A stretch of DNA of 64,000 bases from Eledone cirrhosa (Eukaryota), in contig OZ024740.1 of the NCBI GenBank assembly GCA_964016885.1, positions 119,660,001 through 119,724,000 on the forward strand, read 5' to 3'. Below are positions 26,052-39,754 of the stretch, piece by piece. A program made the translations under genes and the position numbers. Numbering within the stretch: position 1 is the stretch's first letter; every line of letters begins with the position of its first letter. A model generated the notes under the pieces. It worked only from the letters and a program-made list of their open reading frames with translations, made no database searches and had not been told where the DNA came from.

Positions 26052-29000
26052 TATATATGGAGTTGTTATTTGATGTTGTTGAAAAGAGCAGTGGCCTTTG
26101 ACCTGGCAACAAAAACTGGAGACAAAATTCTTTCTGTACCAAAAAACAAGACACACACAGACACGCACACACACAAGTTTGTTTTTGTGTGTGTGTGCCT
26201 GTGTGTGCTAGTGTACGCACGTGTGTATGTGTGATCGTGTGTGTGTATCTATCCATGTATATATATAAGGGATACAGATATTGTTTGCTCACTGTCACTA
26301 AGCATCTCAATTCATTCGTTGCAACTAAGTTTGTGATTGAGGTATTTTATTTTGCAAAGTAGTATTTTTCCCTTGAGTTTGTGATTCAAGAGAAAGGTAA
26401 GAAATTCTTCATATTTTGCATCTTTTGTATTTTGACTTTACAGTTTGAATTGTGGAATTGTCTATCCACTCAAAATATTACAACAGCTAACAGTGAAATA
26501 TAGAATTTAAACAAAAAACCTTTTTCGACTGACATCAAATCTTTGAGAATATTCACGTCTATTTTTCAAAAATATATAATTTGAAATAGCTTGCTTTTGT
26601 TTTGGACTGAAACATTTTTGTATTTAATTCGTACGAGTATTTTTTAAAGATTTTTTAAAGATTCTAACATAACTTGATTTGGCCCAGTAATCTACTGATA
26701 CCCATATCAGTAGTATATTGAACAATGGAAAAATAGGGTAGGGGGCATTTCGTGATTTTGAGGGGCCTTTTTAGCCGAAATGGGTTGAGAACGTTTGTTC
26801 TAGATTAATGTGAATATTTTGGAGGATATTTTCTGTAAATTTATCATTATATCTTTTCAAAACCAAATGCATTTTTATATTGAGGATGGCATCAAACTGT
26901 TTTATGTGTCATTAGTGTTCATGGAGAAAAAAGGATTAAATACCACTATTGCTTCACTTTCTATAATTAGCAGCTAGATTTCCTTCACATCATACAGACA
27001 TAAAACAATGATAAAGATGATGTTTATATATATATATGTGTGTGTGTGCGTCTGGGTATATATATACGGAGGTGCATAGCCTATTGGTAAGTGTGTTGGA
27101 CTTATGATCATAATAACGTGGTTTCAATTCTTGAACTGAGTTATGTGTTTGGCTCTTGAGAGAGCTATATATTGTGCCTGGAGATATTTACAAGAAACAT
27201 CTTGACATTTTGCTAATAGCTCTCAGATGAACCCACAGCATAAGGTGAAGTGCATATAAGGGCAGCAGCAACCAACTCCCCCTTACATCATTGGCCAACC
27301 AAGAAAGGCTGGCTATAGATAGTGTAGCCTCAATTGTGGTGCCCCATCATGGTGTCAGCCAGTTGGCTGGAACAGGTGAAATAGTGAAAGGGTAGAAGAG
27401 ATGTAGGCATAGTATTATTTTATGCTATTCTTGACAAAATAATTTCATGTGGTTTCATGTGGTATAGGATGTTATAAGTTACAGAAAGAAAAATATAAAG
27501 TTCTGGTAGTAATACCTTTCCACAAGAAATTTGCCTTGAATGTTAATTCACCCTGGATCACCATTTGACATGCCAGTGTCTTACAGCTCCTTAAAAGATA
27601 CTTGCCATACCAATGTATACAAGATTAGACCAAAAATAGCTAGAACTCAACAATAGCAATGAGAATGTCTCACTCTCTCAGCTCCTAATATATTTCTTAA
27701 CCAATGTTTCTAATGCCTATGAAATTAATCTATTGGAGACGGAATGAAAATTTCTTTCAGATTTAAATAAATTATCAAATTATCAAAAACTAAAGTATAT
27801 ATAAATCAATCAATAAAGAAAGAAAAGAAAATTTTACAAAAAAAAAAAAAAGATTATATTAGAAAATAAAATGAAACTATTTATTTTTGGTTTTATATTT
27901 TCTCACAAGAATCTTTAATTACAATTTATTTCAATGAAATGAACCTGTTCTGCTATTCCTGTCACTTTGCCAACATTGTACACTTCACTGAACCATCTCA
28001 AATATCACTTCTAACTTTGTATTCACATTAATTACATTTTTAAAATCTCTCCCTAGTTTCACTTTCCATATTATCTTGCCATTTCTTATTGTCCTCAATC
28101 TTTACTTGTTTGATGTTATCTTTTTATTTTATTTCTTAAAAATCTATGTTCTTTCTCATTTTTTCTTTTGTTTGTCAACTTGTTTGTAATTTTCTATCCT
28201 ATCTTTTGTTTGTTTCATTTTATTTTTATTTATGTATCTATTTATTTTGGTTTTCAGAAATCTATTTTCTGAAAAATGCATTTAGTTATTTATTAATTAA
28301 TTTATATTTTATTTTGATATTTTTATCTTATTGTTTGGTTTCTTCTATATTTTTAATGGGTTTGGTTTCTCAGCTATTGTTGCTGATGTTGCTTATTTAT
28401 CAGTTAAAGTACTTTTCCTTTTGTTTTTGCTTTTATTTTAGTTCACCTCTTCTCCATGACACAGAGTTTGATTGCTCTTTTATTTACTTTAATTCTAAGT
28501 ACACAAAGAATGCTTGGATATCAATACAATTGCATTGATCTTTTGACTGTGTATGTATACTAATATGCATGTATATATGATGTGCATATGAGTGATATAT
28601 GTAGTGATGTGTGATGTACATATGATGAGAAATCTACTTATATATACATTTTTTCCAATCTTAATTTCCCTGCACGTGTTTGAAGAGGAAAGGAAGAAAG
28701 AGTGAGTGAAGTGACTAACAAACTGACAAATGCAGACAGGCAAGCTGACAAATAGAACATATATTTGAAATCAGCTCTGAAAATGTTTAAGTACTTTGAA
28801 AAATTAGTGTTAGCATTTGACTTCTATGGTCAAATGACTTATGAAAGTTTTACTATGCTCTCTTGCAGCTTAAACTATGTTTTTTACATATATGTGTACA
28901 TGTGTGTGTATGTGTTGTTATGTATTTGTATGTTTGTATGTTTGTATGTTTGAGGGACAGTATATGTATGTATTATGTGTGGTGAGTGCTTGAGAGAAAG

Positions 29001-29563
29001 ATAATATTTATTAACAAATGCATATAAGATTATTTTAAATGCAAATATGTGTGTATAACATTTTTATTACTTTCAGTAAAGACATCTAATATCCCTATGC
29101 ATTTGAAGAATGAATATAAAATGATGCATTTGTGTGGAGTTTGCTTTCATATTTGTTCCTTGTTAACATACTAAAATATATTTGTATTGCTTAAGCTTTT
29201 ATCTAGAAATGATTAATGGTTATAGTTAATTATTTAACCATTTCAACAACAAGTATCTGAAGAGTTATGCGCATACTCCTTGATGACTGATAACTTCTAA
29301 CATATTAATAAGAAATCATAGAAAATAGATATTAATTTTGAACATAGATACAAAACCAGCAATTTGGGGAAGAAGAAAGTCAATTATATCAAGAGTGCGT
29401 TACTGGTACTATTTTACTGATAACCCCTTCAAAAATGATTCTCGTAATATATATATTTCCATTCAGATACTCCACAATAGGTGTATTACTTATCTATCCA
29501 TTTATATTCAATTTTTTCAAAATGGGCATACCACTGAATCGATCGTTCCAGAACATTTGGTTT

Positions 29564-29628
29564 CTGTCTCTCTGATGAGGGTTGTCTGACTGGGTTACAT
29601 GAAATGAATTATACTTCGTAAAACACAG
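29564..29628 (+). ncRNA. Decayed type I hammerhead motif
   Basis: CTGATGA...GAAA, stem III ATGAA/TTCGT, GTA triplet, partial stem I ctgt/acag; stem II poor. Confidence 0.45.
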
Positions 29629-32437
29629 GATTGTATACTACATTTTTTACAATTTTGGTTCACTTGTTAATTTTGAGGATACTTTAAAACGATTGAGTTG
29701 GTTACAATTTATTAAACTTATATTTTATATAAAATTTTGCTAATATTATTAATCAATCTGTATCATTTATAGAAAAGAAATCATAGTCGATAGTGTGGGA
29801 ATTGACTTATATTAGTATATGTGTGTGTCTACATTGCTATGCTAGCCAAGCAAACTATTTGTTGTAGATTCAGGACCCAGACTGTATTTTGCCTAGTCAA
29901 AAAGCAGAATCTGTTCTAGGGGTCGAAACCTTCATGCGTATATATGAATTAGGTTGCTCATAATCATTAAACAGATGGCTTTTCATCTGTCTTATTTTCA
30001 GACACTTTGGCACCGTGAGGCTTCTAGAAGATAATATTAACTATGTTTTTTGCTCTGAGGTCACAGGTCAGTCTTTTTGTGGTCGTGTGTGGTACACTAA
30101 GAAAACCATCATGTGAAAAATATGTCGAGGTTTCACTACGTGAAGGCTCACTGATATAGTAAAATGAACCAACACTTCCTAGAAACATGTATATCATTAT
30201 ATGTCCAAAGACTGGTTTATCCTTTATATATAGCACCACACTCACTTTCAAAAACAAGGTAAAAGTAGCACCTTTTACTCTAGGATTATCAAGGTCTTAA
30301 CAAGCTACTTCTAAATTAATTATTTTTGTATTTAATTTAGGTAAGTCCCAAATTATACCAATTTATACAATATGCACATAGTTAGAATACGAAACAAATT
30401 TCCAAACATCCTGACTAACAATTCTACAATTTTCAGGTTGGATTAGAGAAATAAAATACGATAGCAATAAAGCTTTATTTAAATGTTACCATACTAAAAT
30501 AGAATAAAAAAGAAACTGATTTAACAAAACATACTTTTTCAGTTACATGTCTAAAACATAATGCTGCATTAAACTAAAATCTACAGAAAAACTATTAAAT
30601 CAGTGTTTCTTTTCAGGAGCAAAGTCATTCCGTTTTGGGTTTTGAGAAGTCAACTGATATTGCTTCTGGAAACATCCATATGGGTGTTAAACATTACAAC
30701 AAAAATAAGATAAAATTGCATCACAGTTAATTATGGTCAATTTCTGTAACAGAATTTACTGCTCAGGTTTTGCATCAAGTTGTGAAAAATGTTCTTGTGT
30801 GATGTGGAAACTAATATTGATGGAACCTCTAACCTTTGTGGTGTTAATAATGCTTTCTATGCATTAATGAAATTCGATAATGCAAACTTGATGTCCATAA
30901 AATGCATTTTCCATTTTCTCCATATAACATGTTCATAGGCTGCTGTCAAATAATGTTCTATCATTGACTTTTTGTTAAAATGAGGCTATGACTGGTTTTA
31001 CAGGTATACAATATGAAGAGAATCTTGCATAAAAGATTAATATAATAGTTAGGAAATACCTAGACAGTCCATTTTCAGTTGCAAGATGTAATTCTTAACT
31101 TGTGGAATGTAATGAAATTCCACTATTTCTAGTTACGATAAGTATTATGCTATTGAACTGCATGATATGCTTACAGATGCGACTAATGAGCTCTATAAAC
31201 ATTTATGTAACTGGTTGAGTGTATTTAAAAACAAACTTAATTTGCTCCACCTCAAGCCAAACAATGTCGAATCACATATGATGTATATATATGATGGCCC
31301 AAATGTCACTAAACCATTTCAAAATATAACACTTTTATTCATTAAATATTCACATTTATTGAAAAAAATTAATTGTAAAACAGTTATTATATTACAAAAT
31401 GGTCAAGTGACTTTGGAGTCAGGTTTAATTTTGGTTACACTGACAAAAGAAAAATTGTTAACTTCAATATGTGTATCTTGAAATAAATTTAGACAGTTAA
31501 TTACAGTATTTCTCATTTGAAAATATATAACCGGATAGGAGTGCTCTAAACTTTTGTCTTATAGACTCTCATCAAAGTAGTTTCCAAAGAACAATGAAAT
31601 AATGTTCAAATTCAACATGTAATATTTTAAAGAAGGGCATACATAGAACTTTGTAAATGTGTGCCTGGAAATATTGAGACCATTCAAAGGATTACACTTT
31701 TTCCCTTAAGGATTTGTTTTAGTTTACTTACAAAAACAATATTGGGGGCTACATATAATATAATCCGTTACTTTTTGAAATATTTACATTATGTATATTA
31801 AAGAACCATCTGGTAAACCTGTCTCAAAGAAATATAATATTCTACTGATATTTATATAGATAAAAAATGTTGTGTGCGCTGTGCATGGCAGTGAATATGT
31901 GTATGTATGTGTGTGTGACATATTTAATGTATTTGTTTCCATAACAGATCAAATCTTGAAGTACTAATGCCTAATCATATTTTGCTGGGTTTGAGTATTT
32001 TTTGTTTATATACTGACGGTTTGATTCCCTAATTTAATTGTTTGAACGATTAGAAATGTGGAAGTCAGAGTTATCATCGAAGAAACATCAACATCTCCTA
32101 ATGCCTTCGATTACATGTATTCATTTTCCTCTCTATCCTGTTTTTCCATTTTTCTTGTTTTGTATAATTTCCCTTTTTTCGTACCCCTAATAAGACGTCT
32201 CATCTTTCTGAAATCAAGCCAGAATCAGTTCCCGTATGAAAAAGACAAGGTCAGCCGACTGGTCACTGCCCACAACATGACAACCCGTCTAACCCATGCT
32301 AGCGTGGAAGGACGGACGTACAACGGTGATGATGATGATGATGATACGTTTGTGCGTGTGTAAAAAGAAAAGAGAAATAACAAAGCAAACGATACAGAAA
32401 AACAAAGAAATACATTATTTTCTTTATCAGAAAAGAG

Positions 32438-32473
32438 TCTTAACGTTTCGGACATTTTTCCTTCATCAGCAGA
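32438..32473 (-). ncRNA. Minimal PLE-type hammerhead
   Basis: tctg-CTGATGA-a gga aaaatg tcc-GAAAC-GTT-aaga; loopless palindromic stem III typical of dimer-forming PLE HHRs. Confidence 0.65.
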
Positions 32474-32739
32474 TATAATGAGAAATAAAAGATGAAGTAG
32501 AAAATTAAAGAGTGAGAAGAGGAATGGACAGAAAAAAAAGAAAGAAAAAACATGCATACGTATTGCATATAATTCATGATAATACAGAGTGATATAAGTA
32601 TGGATATAAAAATGTTATTTCTAAGTTCCTTGTCTTTTTCAACCCAAATGTCTTATGATACATATTTCCATTGCATTTCAAAAATATGAAAAACAACTAT
32701 AGATTTGGAGGAAATAACTAAAATAACTAATTGTGACAT

Positions 32740-32982
32740 CCAAATTCATAGAACTCCCTGAGAAAAAGAGTACGTTGAGACAGAGTGGAGTTTGTTCAGC
32801 ACAGAAGTTTCTGCTTCAGCTGTTAAGTGCTGTGAGCGGAAGAGGCTTGGTGTGGTGTCAGATATCAGGAGGACCCTTGGTTCAATCAAGAGAACAAAGA
32901 TGCCATCCGAGCAAAGAAGGAGGCTTACAAATCTCTGCTTGAAAATAAATCCTCCTTCTAAAAAAAAAAAAAAAGTAAGAAC
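32740..32982 (+). mobile_element. Polyadenylated retrocopy of an internal LINE fragment with 15-bp TSD
   Basis: TSD AACTAATTGTGACAT (32725-32739, 32983-32997); AATAAA 32944-32949; A15 at 32960-32974; translation resembles an RTE-type EN-RT linker (PWFNQE.KDAIRAKKEAY). Confidence 0.8.
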
Positions 32983-33162
32983 AACTAATTGTGACATAAC
33001 TTAATGATGGTTTTTATATAAAAACATTATGGAAGGTTTAACATTAGAGGTTTTGTATATGTAATAAAGAGTGGTTAGAACCATTGGATGATTCTGATTG
33101 ATACATCAATTTTCATATTACTAAAACTTTAGCCATATTTTTTCATTAATTTCCTACATCAT

Positions 33163-33213
<51 letters not shown>

Positions 33214-33883
33214 ATGATAATAATAATACAAAACAACAGCAACAACAACAACAACAACAACAACTACTACTACTACTATCATCATCATTATAAAATATGA
33301 CATACTGCTCAATTAATAAATTTCTCCCTCTCCCATTTCACATGATCATTTCTAATTTCTTTGAATCTATACCAATTTCCTTGCTTCTTTTCAATATAAC
33401 CATTGTTGACACTACCTGAAGATAACGACTTCTGTCAGTTGTCTGCTCACTATGGTGCTCCTCTCACTTCATATTAATTCCTCAAGAGCAATTAACTGCA
33501 AATTATTTTCAGTTATTTATTGATTATTTTATTTTCGAAAAATAGGACATAAATAGACATGTAAACTACTGTTAGCCATCAACAAATGCATATTCTGTAA
33601 GCATGCTTTAAACGTACAGTAGATGCAATGTATTCGAATGGACAATGACACTATTGTTTATGTAAGGAAATAAATAATAAATGCTTAGTTTCATCATGTA
33701 AATTACTTTATATTCCTAATGAAAATATATTATCTTGTGATATGTGTTTTGGCATGGTACTTTATATTTGTCAAGTCTAACTGTCACGTCTGAAATGAGG
33801 TATATATGCTTGTTCATACATAGATATATATATATATACAAAACACATACTTCTTAATTCCTATATATATATAGATATGTATG

Positions 33884-33993
<110 letters not shown>

Positions 33994-36049
33994 GTTTGTG
34001 TATGTATGTGTGTGTTTGTGAGTGTGTAAGTTTGTATGTGTGTGTGTCTGTAAAAGAAATGTTCACACCTGTTATTTATTTTGCTGTTCTGATAGCCTCT
34101 GGCATATGATTTGATGTGAATGTCCCACCAGTGTTCTTTCACTTAAAATGAGTGAATATACTCAACATCATCAGTAGTATTTTATATGTTTATCTCCGGG
34201 CATTATTTCTAACATCTTGCATAGTAAAACCATCATGCTCTAGTATTACATATCCCACAAGAAAGTAATACTGCTTTGAAATTTTATGGCATCTGCTGAT
34301 TATATACATCTATATATGACTATTTGTAATCGATAGTCAACAAGTTATTATCTTTATTGCCAATGTATTATATTTATTCAATTGGTTTTCTTTTTCTTCA
34401 TACTACATACATGTGGAGAATACATATCATATAATCAGGCAATAAATCTACATCTGGCCAGCAGTTTAATCTCTTAACAGTCGCAAAACTTGAAGAAAAC
34501 ATGGCAGTGTAAAGTTGGTGTGAATTGCATGTGAATATTATTTAATTAGAGTTCCTTTAAATACTTTAAATAAAAGTGTATACTGTAAAATGAATCTACT
34601 GTATATTTAGTATTTGTTTCAAGATTATTGCAGTATAGTGAAGGCATATGGCCTAGTGGTTAGTGTGTTATACTCATGGTCATAAGGTTGTAGATTTGAT
34701 TCCTGAATTGCATAGTGCATTGTTTTCTTGTGCATGATACTTCATTTAACATTGCTTTTCATAACAGGATTAAAGCTTCTAGTATTAAAATACCTACGAA
34801 ACCTCATACAAAATCAATTAAATTGGAATAGGTGTATGAGTTGTACATTTCATCATTTTTTTGTTTTCTATCTATACATATATTACTCCATTAGATGCAT
34901 TGTTTGTTGAAAGCATGTGACATAGTGTTTAAGGTGTTCAACTCATGATCATAAGATACTGAATTCAATTCTTGGCAGCATGTTGTGTCCTTCAGAAAGA
35001 CAATTTATTTTACTTTGTTCTGATTCATTCAGCTGATGAAAATAAGTTGAACCCGTAGTACAAAGGGCCAACGATGTCTTACACCATGTCTTGCTGAAAC
35101 TTCATAAAAACTACATTATGGTTCATGTGTCTGTATAATGGTCAGCCTCTTGTGTTTTAATTACACTAGTAGCTTTCCTGTTGTGTGAAGAACTGGAACA
35201 CTTATCATTGGAATGTACAGAAGTCCAAGACACACAACATGCATATATTCTGAAATGAACCTACAATATATTTAGCATTTTGATTCAAAGGAGTAATACT
35301 CAAGTAAGACAGTAATGCACAGTAATGCACAGTAATGTGCCAGCTTCAGTATTTAGTCATCAAAAGAATGGAGTAGGTGTAAAAGCTAAATACCCTATCT
35401 TCAAATTGGTATTCAGGCAAGAAGAAAATAAGAAATTCATGCACTGCGTGTGGCATAACATCTTCTTTCCAAAGAGAAAACTGACCAAATACCTGGAAAT
35501 AAAGTACACATTATTTTCATTGAAGCTTCTTAAATAATTATTCAAATATTTCACAGATTTATATGTATTTACAGTTAATTATTTTCAAATCTATATGCTG
35601 GAAGCATATATACAACTGTTACATATGTTTTGTTTTTGTAGTTTTATGTGCTGTAAAATGCACATTCTTTTTATATCCCCTGTTATAAAAAGGTCTTATG
35701 CTTAATAATTCTTTCTACATTAGGCACAAGGCCAGCAATTACCCAGTGTATTACTGGTACTTTATTTTATCGACCCCGTAAGGATGAAAGGCAAAGTTAA
35801 CCTCGGCGGGATTTGAACTCAGAATGGCAGGGGCCGTAACTCTATACGTCAATAATGATGATTTGCAATGTTGTTTAACTCCAGGTAGTTTTGATCAAAC
35901 AGATCCAGCTGTCTTTTTTTTCAGACATAATGCATCTACAACTACATTATTTACTGTGTTTGTCCTTTTATTAGAGGTTTGGATGGGATTTGAAGTTGAA
36001 TTCCCCGTCCTTTTCAACACAGCATCTCTCATCTTAAAGTCTCAGCAAT

Positions 36050-36722
36050 ATAAGATCATCTCTCACCATCTCTGCCTATGCATGTCCTCTGCAGTCAATG
36101 CCCATGTTACACCATCATGCAGCATTGCATTTGACACACAGGCATTATACAGTCAACCTTTCATTTAAAAGTAAAAACACTTTTGTTGTCAACATTGGGA
36201 GTTGATCTCTAAACCTCTTCCATCCTATCTTTATTCTAGCTATTATGCTCTCAAAACACCTTCCTCCACAGCTAATTAGATCACTGAGTTAACAGAAAAT
36301 ATCAACCATTTCTAGTGTTCCTTCATGTTATTGGAGAAGGTTTATATCACCAATGATCTTCCTATTGGTTTCTTCTGTGCATCTAATACATACATCTTCC
36401 TTTCCTATTATCCCATTACCACCCTTGGTATCCAAAACTTGTATTGTTTACATCGTGTAGAGTTTCTACCAATGCCATTTCTGCATATTGAGCAGGGCCA
36501 TTTCTCTGATTGAGTCATGGTCCTGTCCTTAATACTTTAGTTTTTTCTAAGTTTACCCTGAGCCATTTCGATTGTAAATTATGTTTCCATTGTCAGAACT
36601 TATTCTCTAATTCTTCTATAGATTCATCTATAAGAACCAACTCATCTGCATAAAGACGTTTCTATGGACACCCAATCTTAAACTCCTCTGTTATGCTCTG
36701 AAGTACTATAATGAACAGGAGA
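36050..36722 (-). mobile_element. Degenerate RTE LINE RT fragment
   Basis: Homologous to 18116-18450 and 40450-41130 (ADELV, KGxLYNACV motifs). Confidence 0.75.
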
Positions 36723-37662
36723 TGGCTGATGACCGAACCATGAGATCTCTCTATACAGAGGTGCAACTTACAAAGTGGAGAGCATACTTTGCTGATCTCC
36801 TAAACCAGGTCACAATAATATCTTCTTGTGTACATGAGGTGCATGTAAGGACAATGTCTAACCTCTCAGAGGATGAGACCACCAGAGCAATTAAAGAGTT
36901 CATGGAAATGTTATCAACAGATATTCTTGTATACGTAAGATTGAATAATAATATCTGGGCAGTTGCCCTTTATATCTCTATCAATATGTACAGGCATGCC
37001 CAATATTATTAAATCTCTGGTACTTTTAACTAGTTATATAATAATTATGTATTTTATTGCGGAAGTGAAATATAGTGAAGTGTTGAAATACTGATACACA
37101 TGTATAATAAATATTCCCCAAAGACTACCCCCCCTCTCTCTCTTTCTCTCTCTCTCTCTCGCTCTCTCTCTCTTTCTCTCTTGTATGTCAGATTTTGTTC
37201 CCTTGATGCTCAGTTCAGAATTAGACACACTCTGATTGATATTGCAACTTGATAATTTGCAAGGTGAATTAACTGATCCAGCAAATATCGCTAGCAGTTC
37301 TCTGTGGCAAAGCTTTCGTCATCTGAAATATACCATACAACAAACTGTGTATATTTTGCTTTCTCTCCAGCCATGTCCTGTTGTATCTATTTTTCATCCT
37401 ATAACTGACTACTGCCCTTTCCTATCCTAGCATATATAGCTAAGAGTTGTCTCATCTACCTCTTTTTAGCAAGTTTTCTAAGAGGCAGATACAAGTTAAC
37501 CTTGTTGCAATAATTCAAAAGTGGTTTTCATATTAAAATCAATTTGTTTTGTAACTTTTAGATTATTGTATCATTATAATTAATCCTGTCATCTCATCAA
37601 AGATTGGGTGTTTGGATTTCTTTGTGTTGCATTCTTTTTTTCAGCAGTTGTTCATATACCAG

Positions 37663-37704
<42 letters not shown>

Positions 37705-38261
37705 CATATATATTTTCCTCAGTCTCAGTTTTTTTCGTAGCTTTGGTCACTGCGGCTCATCTAACGGTCGCTGTCTTCAATTTGCAAAGCTGTCTAAACG
37801 TAATGTTATAACTCTAAGGTAATATACCTTATCGAGTGCTTAGCTGCACACCCCGACTGCATTCGTTAGCTTGGCTGCAACCAGAGCTTCGATGATGCTG
37901 TACTAAATTTTGTATATATATATATATATATATAAATGTTATCTGAGTTTTTTGAATATTAATAATAATATTCGATTCGTTTGCAATTATGCAAACAATC
38001 CTAATTTTTAAAGTCATGTCAGTAGAATGAGCCCCTCATTCTTGCTCTTATGTTGGCATATAAACAGAACTGCAGACACTAATGTTTCTTCAGTACAGCT
38101 CATGTTCACCTTCCAACTGTCAGAGCTAATGAAAATATATGCTATTTTCGAACGAAAATATGCAGTAACTGACCGTCCTTATTTGCATATTAGCAGACTG
38201 GCTGATCAGTATATATATATATATATAATTGTTCGTATACCGAGGCATATATATGATTTAT

Positions 38262-38555
38262 ATATTGGTACTACAACATCCACTCCTAAATAAATGAAGT
38301 CGTGTAGGTGTCACGACAAAAAAAATCACACAGTCCATACTGTAATGTGGCCGTGTAAGTAACACAGTAAAAGTTCCCAGTTCCACACTGTAAATGTGGT
38401 TGGTGTTAGGAAGGACATCCAGCCATAAAAAACCTGCCTGACAGTCCCATACGAGCGAGACAACCAATCTTACCTCAAGTGGGTCAATTCTTGTCTAAAC
38501 CCATGCTAGCGTGGAAGATAGATGTTAAACGATGATGATGACGATGATGATGATG
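38262..38555 (+). mobile_element. RTE 3' UTR fragment
   Basis: Close match to 18830-19118. Confidence 0.85.
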
Positions 38556-38568
38556 TATATATATATAT

Positions 38569-38778
38569 ATTAGCTGAAGTATAGGATCTACTGCGAGCTC
38601 TGTGGTTTCAGCTTGTTACCTCTTCTAGCCATCATCAGACAGAAGAGGTAATTAAACATAACCACCAAGCTCATGGTAGCTTCTCTACCTTCACTAATAT
38701 ACCCACTATGCATCTTACCATGTATCAAATGCCTTTTTCATTTGTAGTCTTCCTGGACCCAGTACTACAAACTATTAA
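38569..38778. mobile_element. Short inverted PLE-type insertion with hammerhead core, in (TA)n
   Basis: Minus strand CTGATGA-tggct...agct-GAAAC...GTA (38589-38638); inverted arms 38569-38607/38660-38699; ~80-nt tail on the right arm. Confidence 0.6.
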
Positions 38779-39164
38779 TATATATATATAGTATATCTAG
38801 TTATCAATATTAAAAGCTGGTGGTAATATAAGTTAACACAAAAATTAGTATAGTGAAATGAAATTATAAAAAAAATAATTATAAAAAGAAACATTATTAT
38901 TATTAATGATGTATCAGGTGATGCCCATGAAGGTGTTATCATCTGTGGCAATACCACAAAAATTATTATAAGGAAACACCAGTGGCCCCTGTGTGTAGAG
39001 TGTAATTGAGTATGCATGCCTTCACTGACCTTTTTTCCTACTTGCTTTATTTTTCTTTTCTGTGATTACTTTCTTACTACAAATTTATGTAAATAAAATA
39101 TAATGTTGTATTACTTCTAAAAGTTATGTTTTTAATTCTATCACTCCTGTCTATATTCTTAATC

Positions 39165-39454
39165 ATCATTTCATTTTACGTCCACTTTTCCCTGCTTGCA
39201 AGGGTGGGACGGGAACTGATTCTGGCTTGATTTCTACAGCTGGATGCCCTCATTTACAGTGAATGCTGGGTGATTTTTTGCCGTGGCACCTCCACGACCC
39301 CAGTCCCTATCATCTCATTTCTACAGCTGAGTAAACTGGAGCAATATGAAATAAAGTGTCTTGTTCAAGGAAACAACACATCACCCGGTCTGAGAATTGA
39401 ACTCACAACCTTTCGATTGCAAGGCCAATGCTCTAACCACTAAGCCATGTGCCT
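39165..39454 (-). mobile_element. tRNA-derived SINE (family of 17477-17827)
   Basis: Same head, body and tail, with small deletions. Confidence 0.9.
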
Positions 39455-39754
39455 TAACATTTCCAATTGTTGTTTTCTAAGATATAGACAGTATGAAAAC
39501 AGTACCTCCAATGTAACAATTGTAAACTTAATTTAAAACATGATTTCAGGTTCAGTCTATTAGAGACTTTATATAAACCAATTGGTTTAAATAATATAAC
39601 AGACAAAATATAGACGTCAAATGTCTCTAAGAATTTGGCATAATATTTCCAGTTTCTAAATTTCAAATCTATTCATTTAATGAGTCATTGATTTGACAAT
39701 GTATTATGCTTCACTTAATTTTGCAATTAGCATTTCAATTGGTTAAAGACATAT

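Larger units (their letters stand above)
24259..26797. mobile_element. Non-autonomous hAT-type DNA transposon with nested insertions
   Basis: 14-bp TIRs CAAAGGTTCTCAAC / GTTGAGAACGTTTG (1 mismatch); perfect 8-bp TSD TTCTAGAT at 24251-24258 and 26798-26805. Confidence 0.88.
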
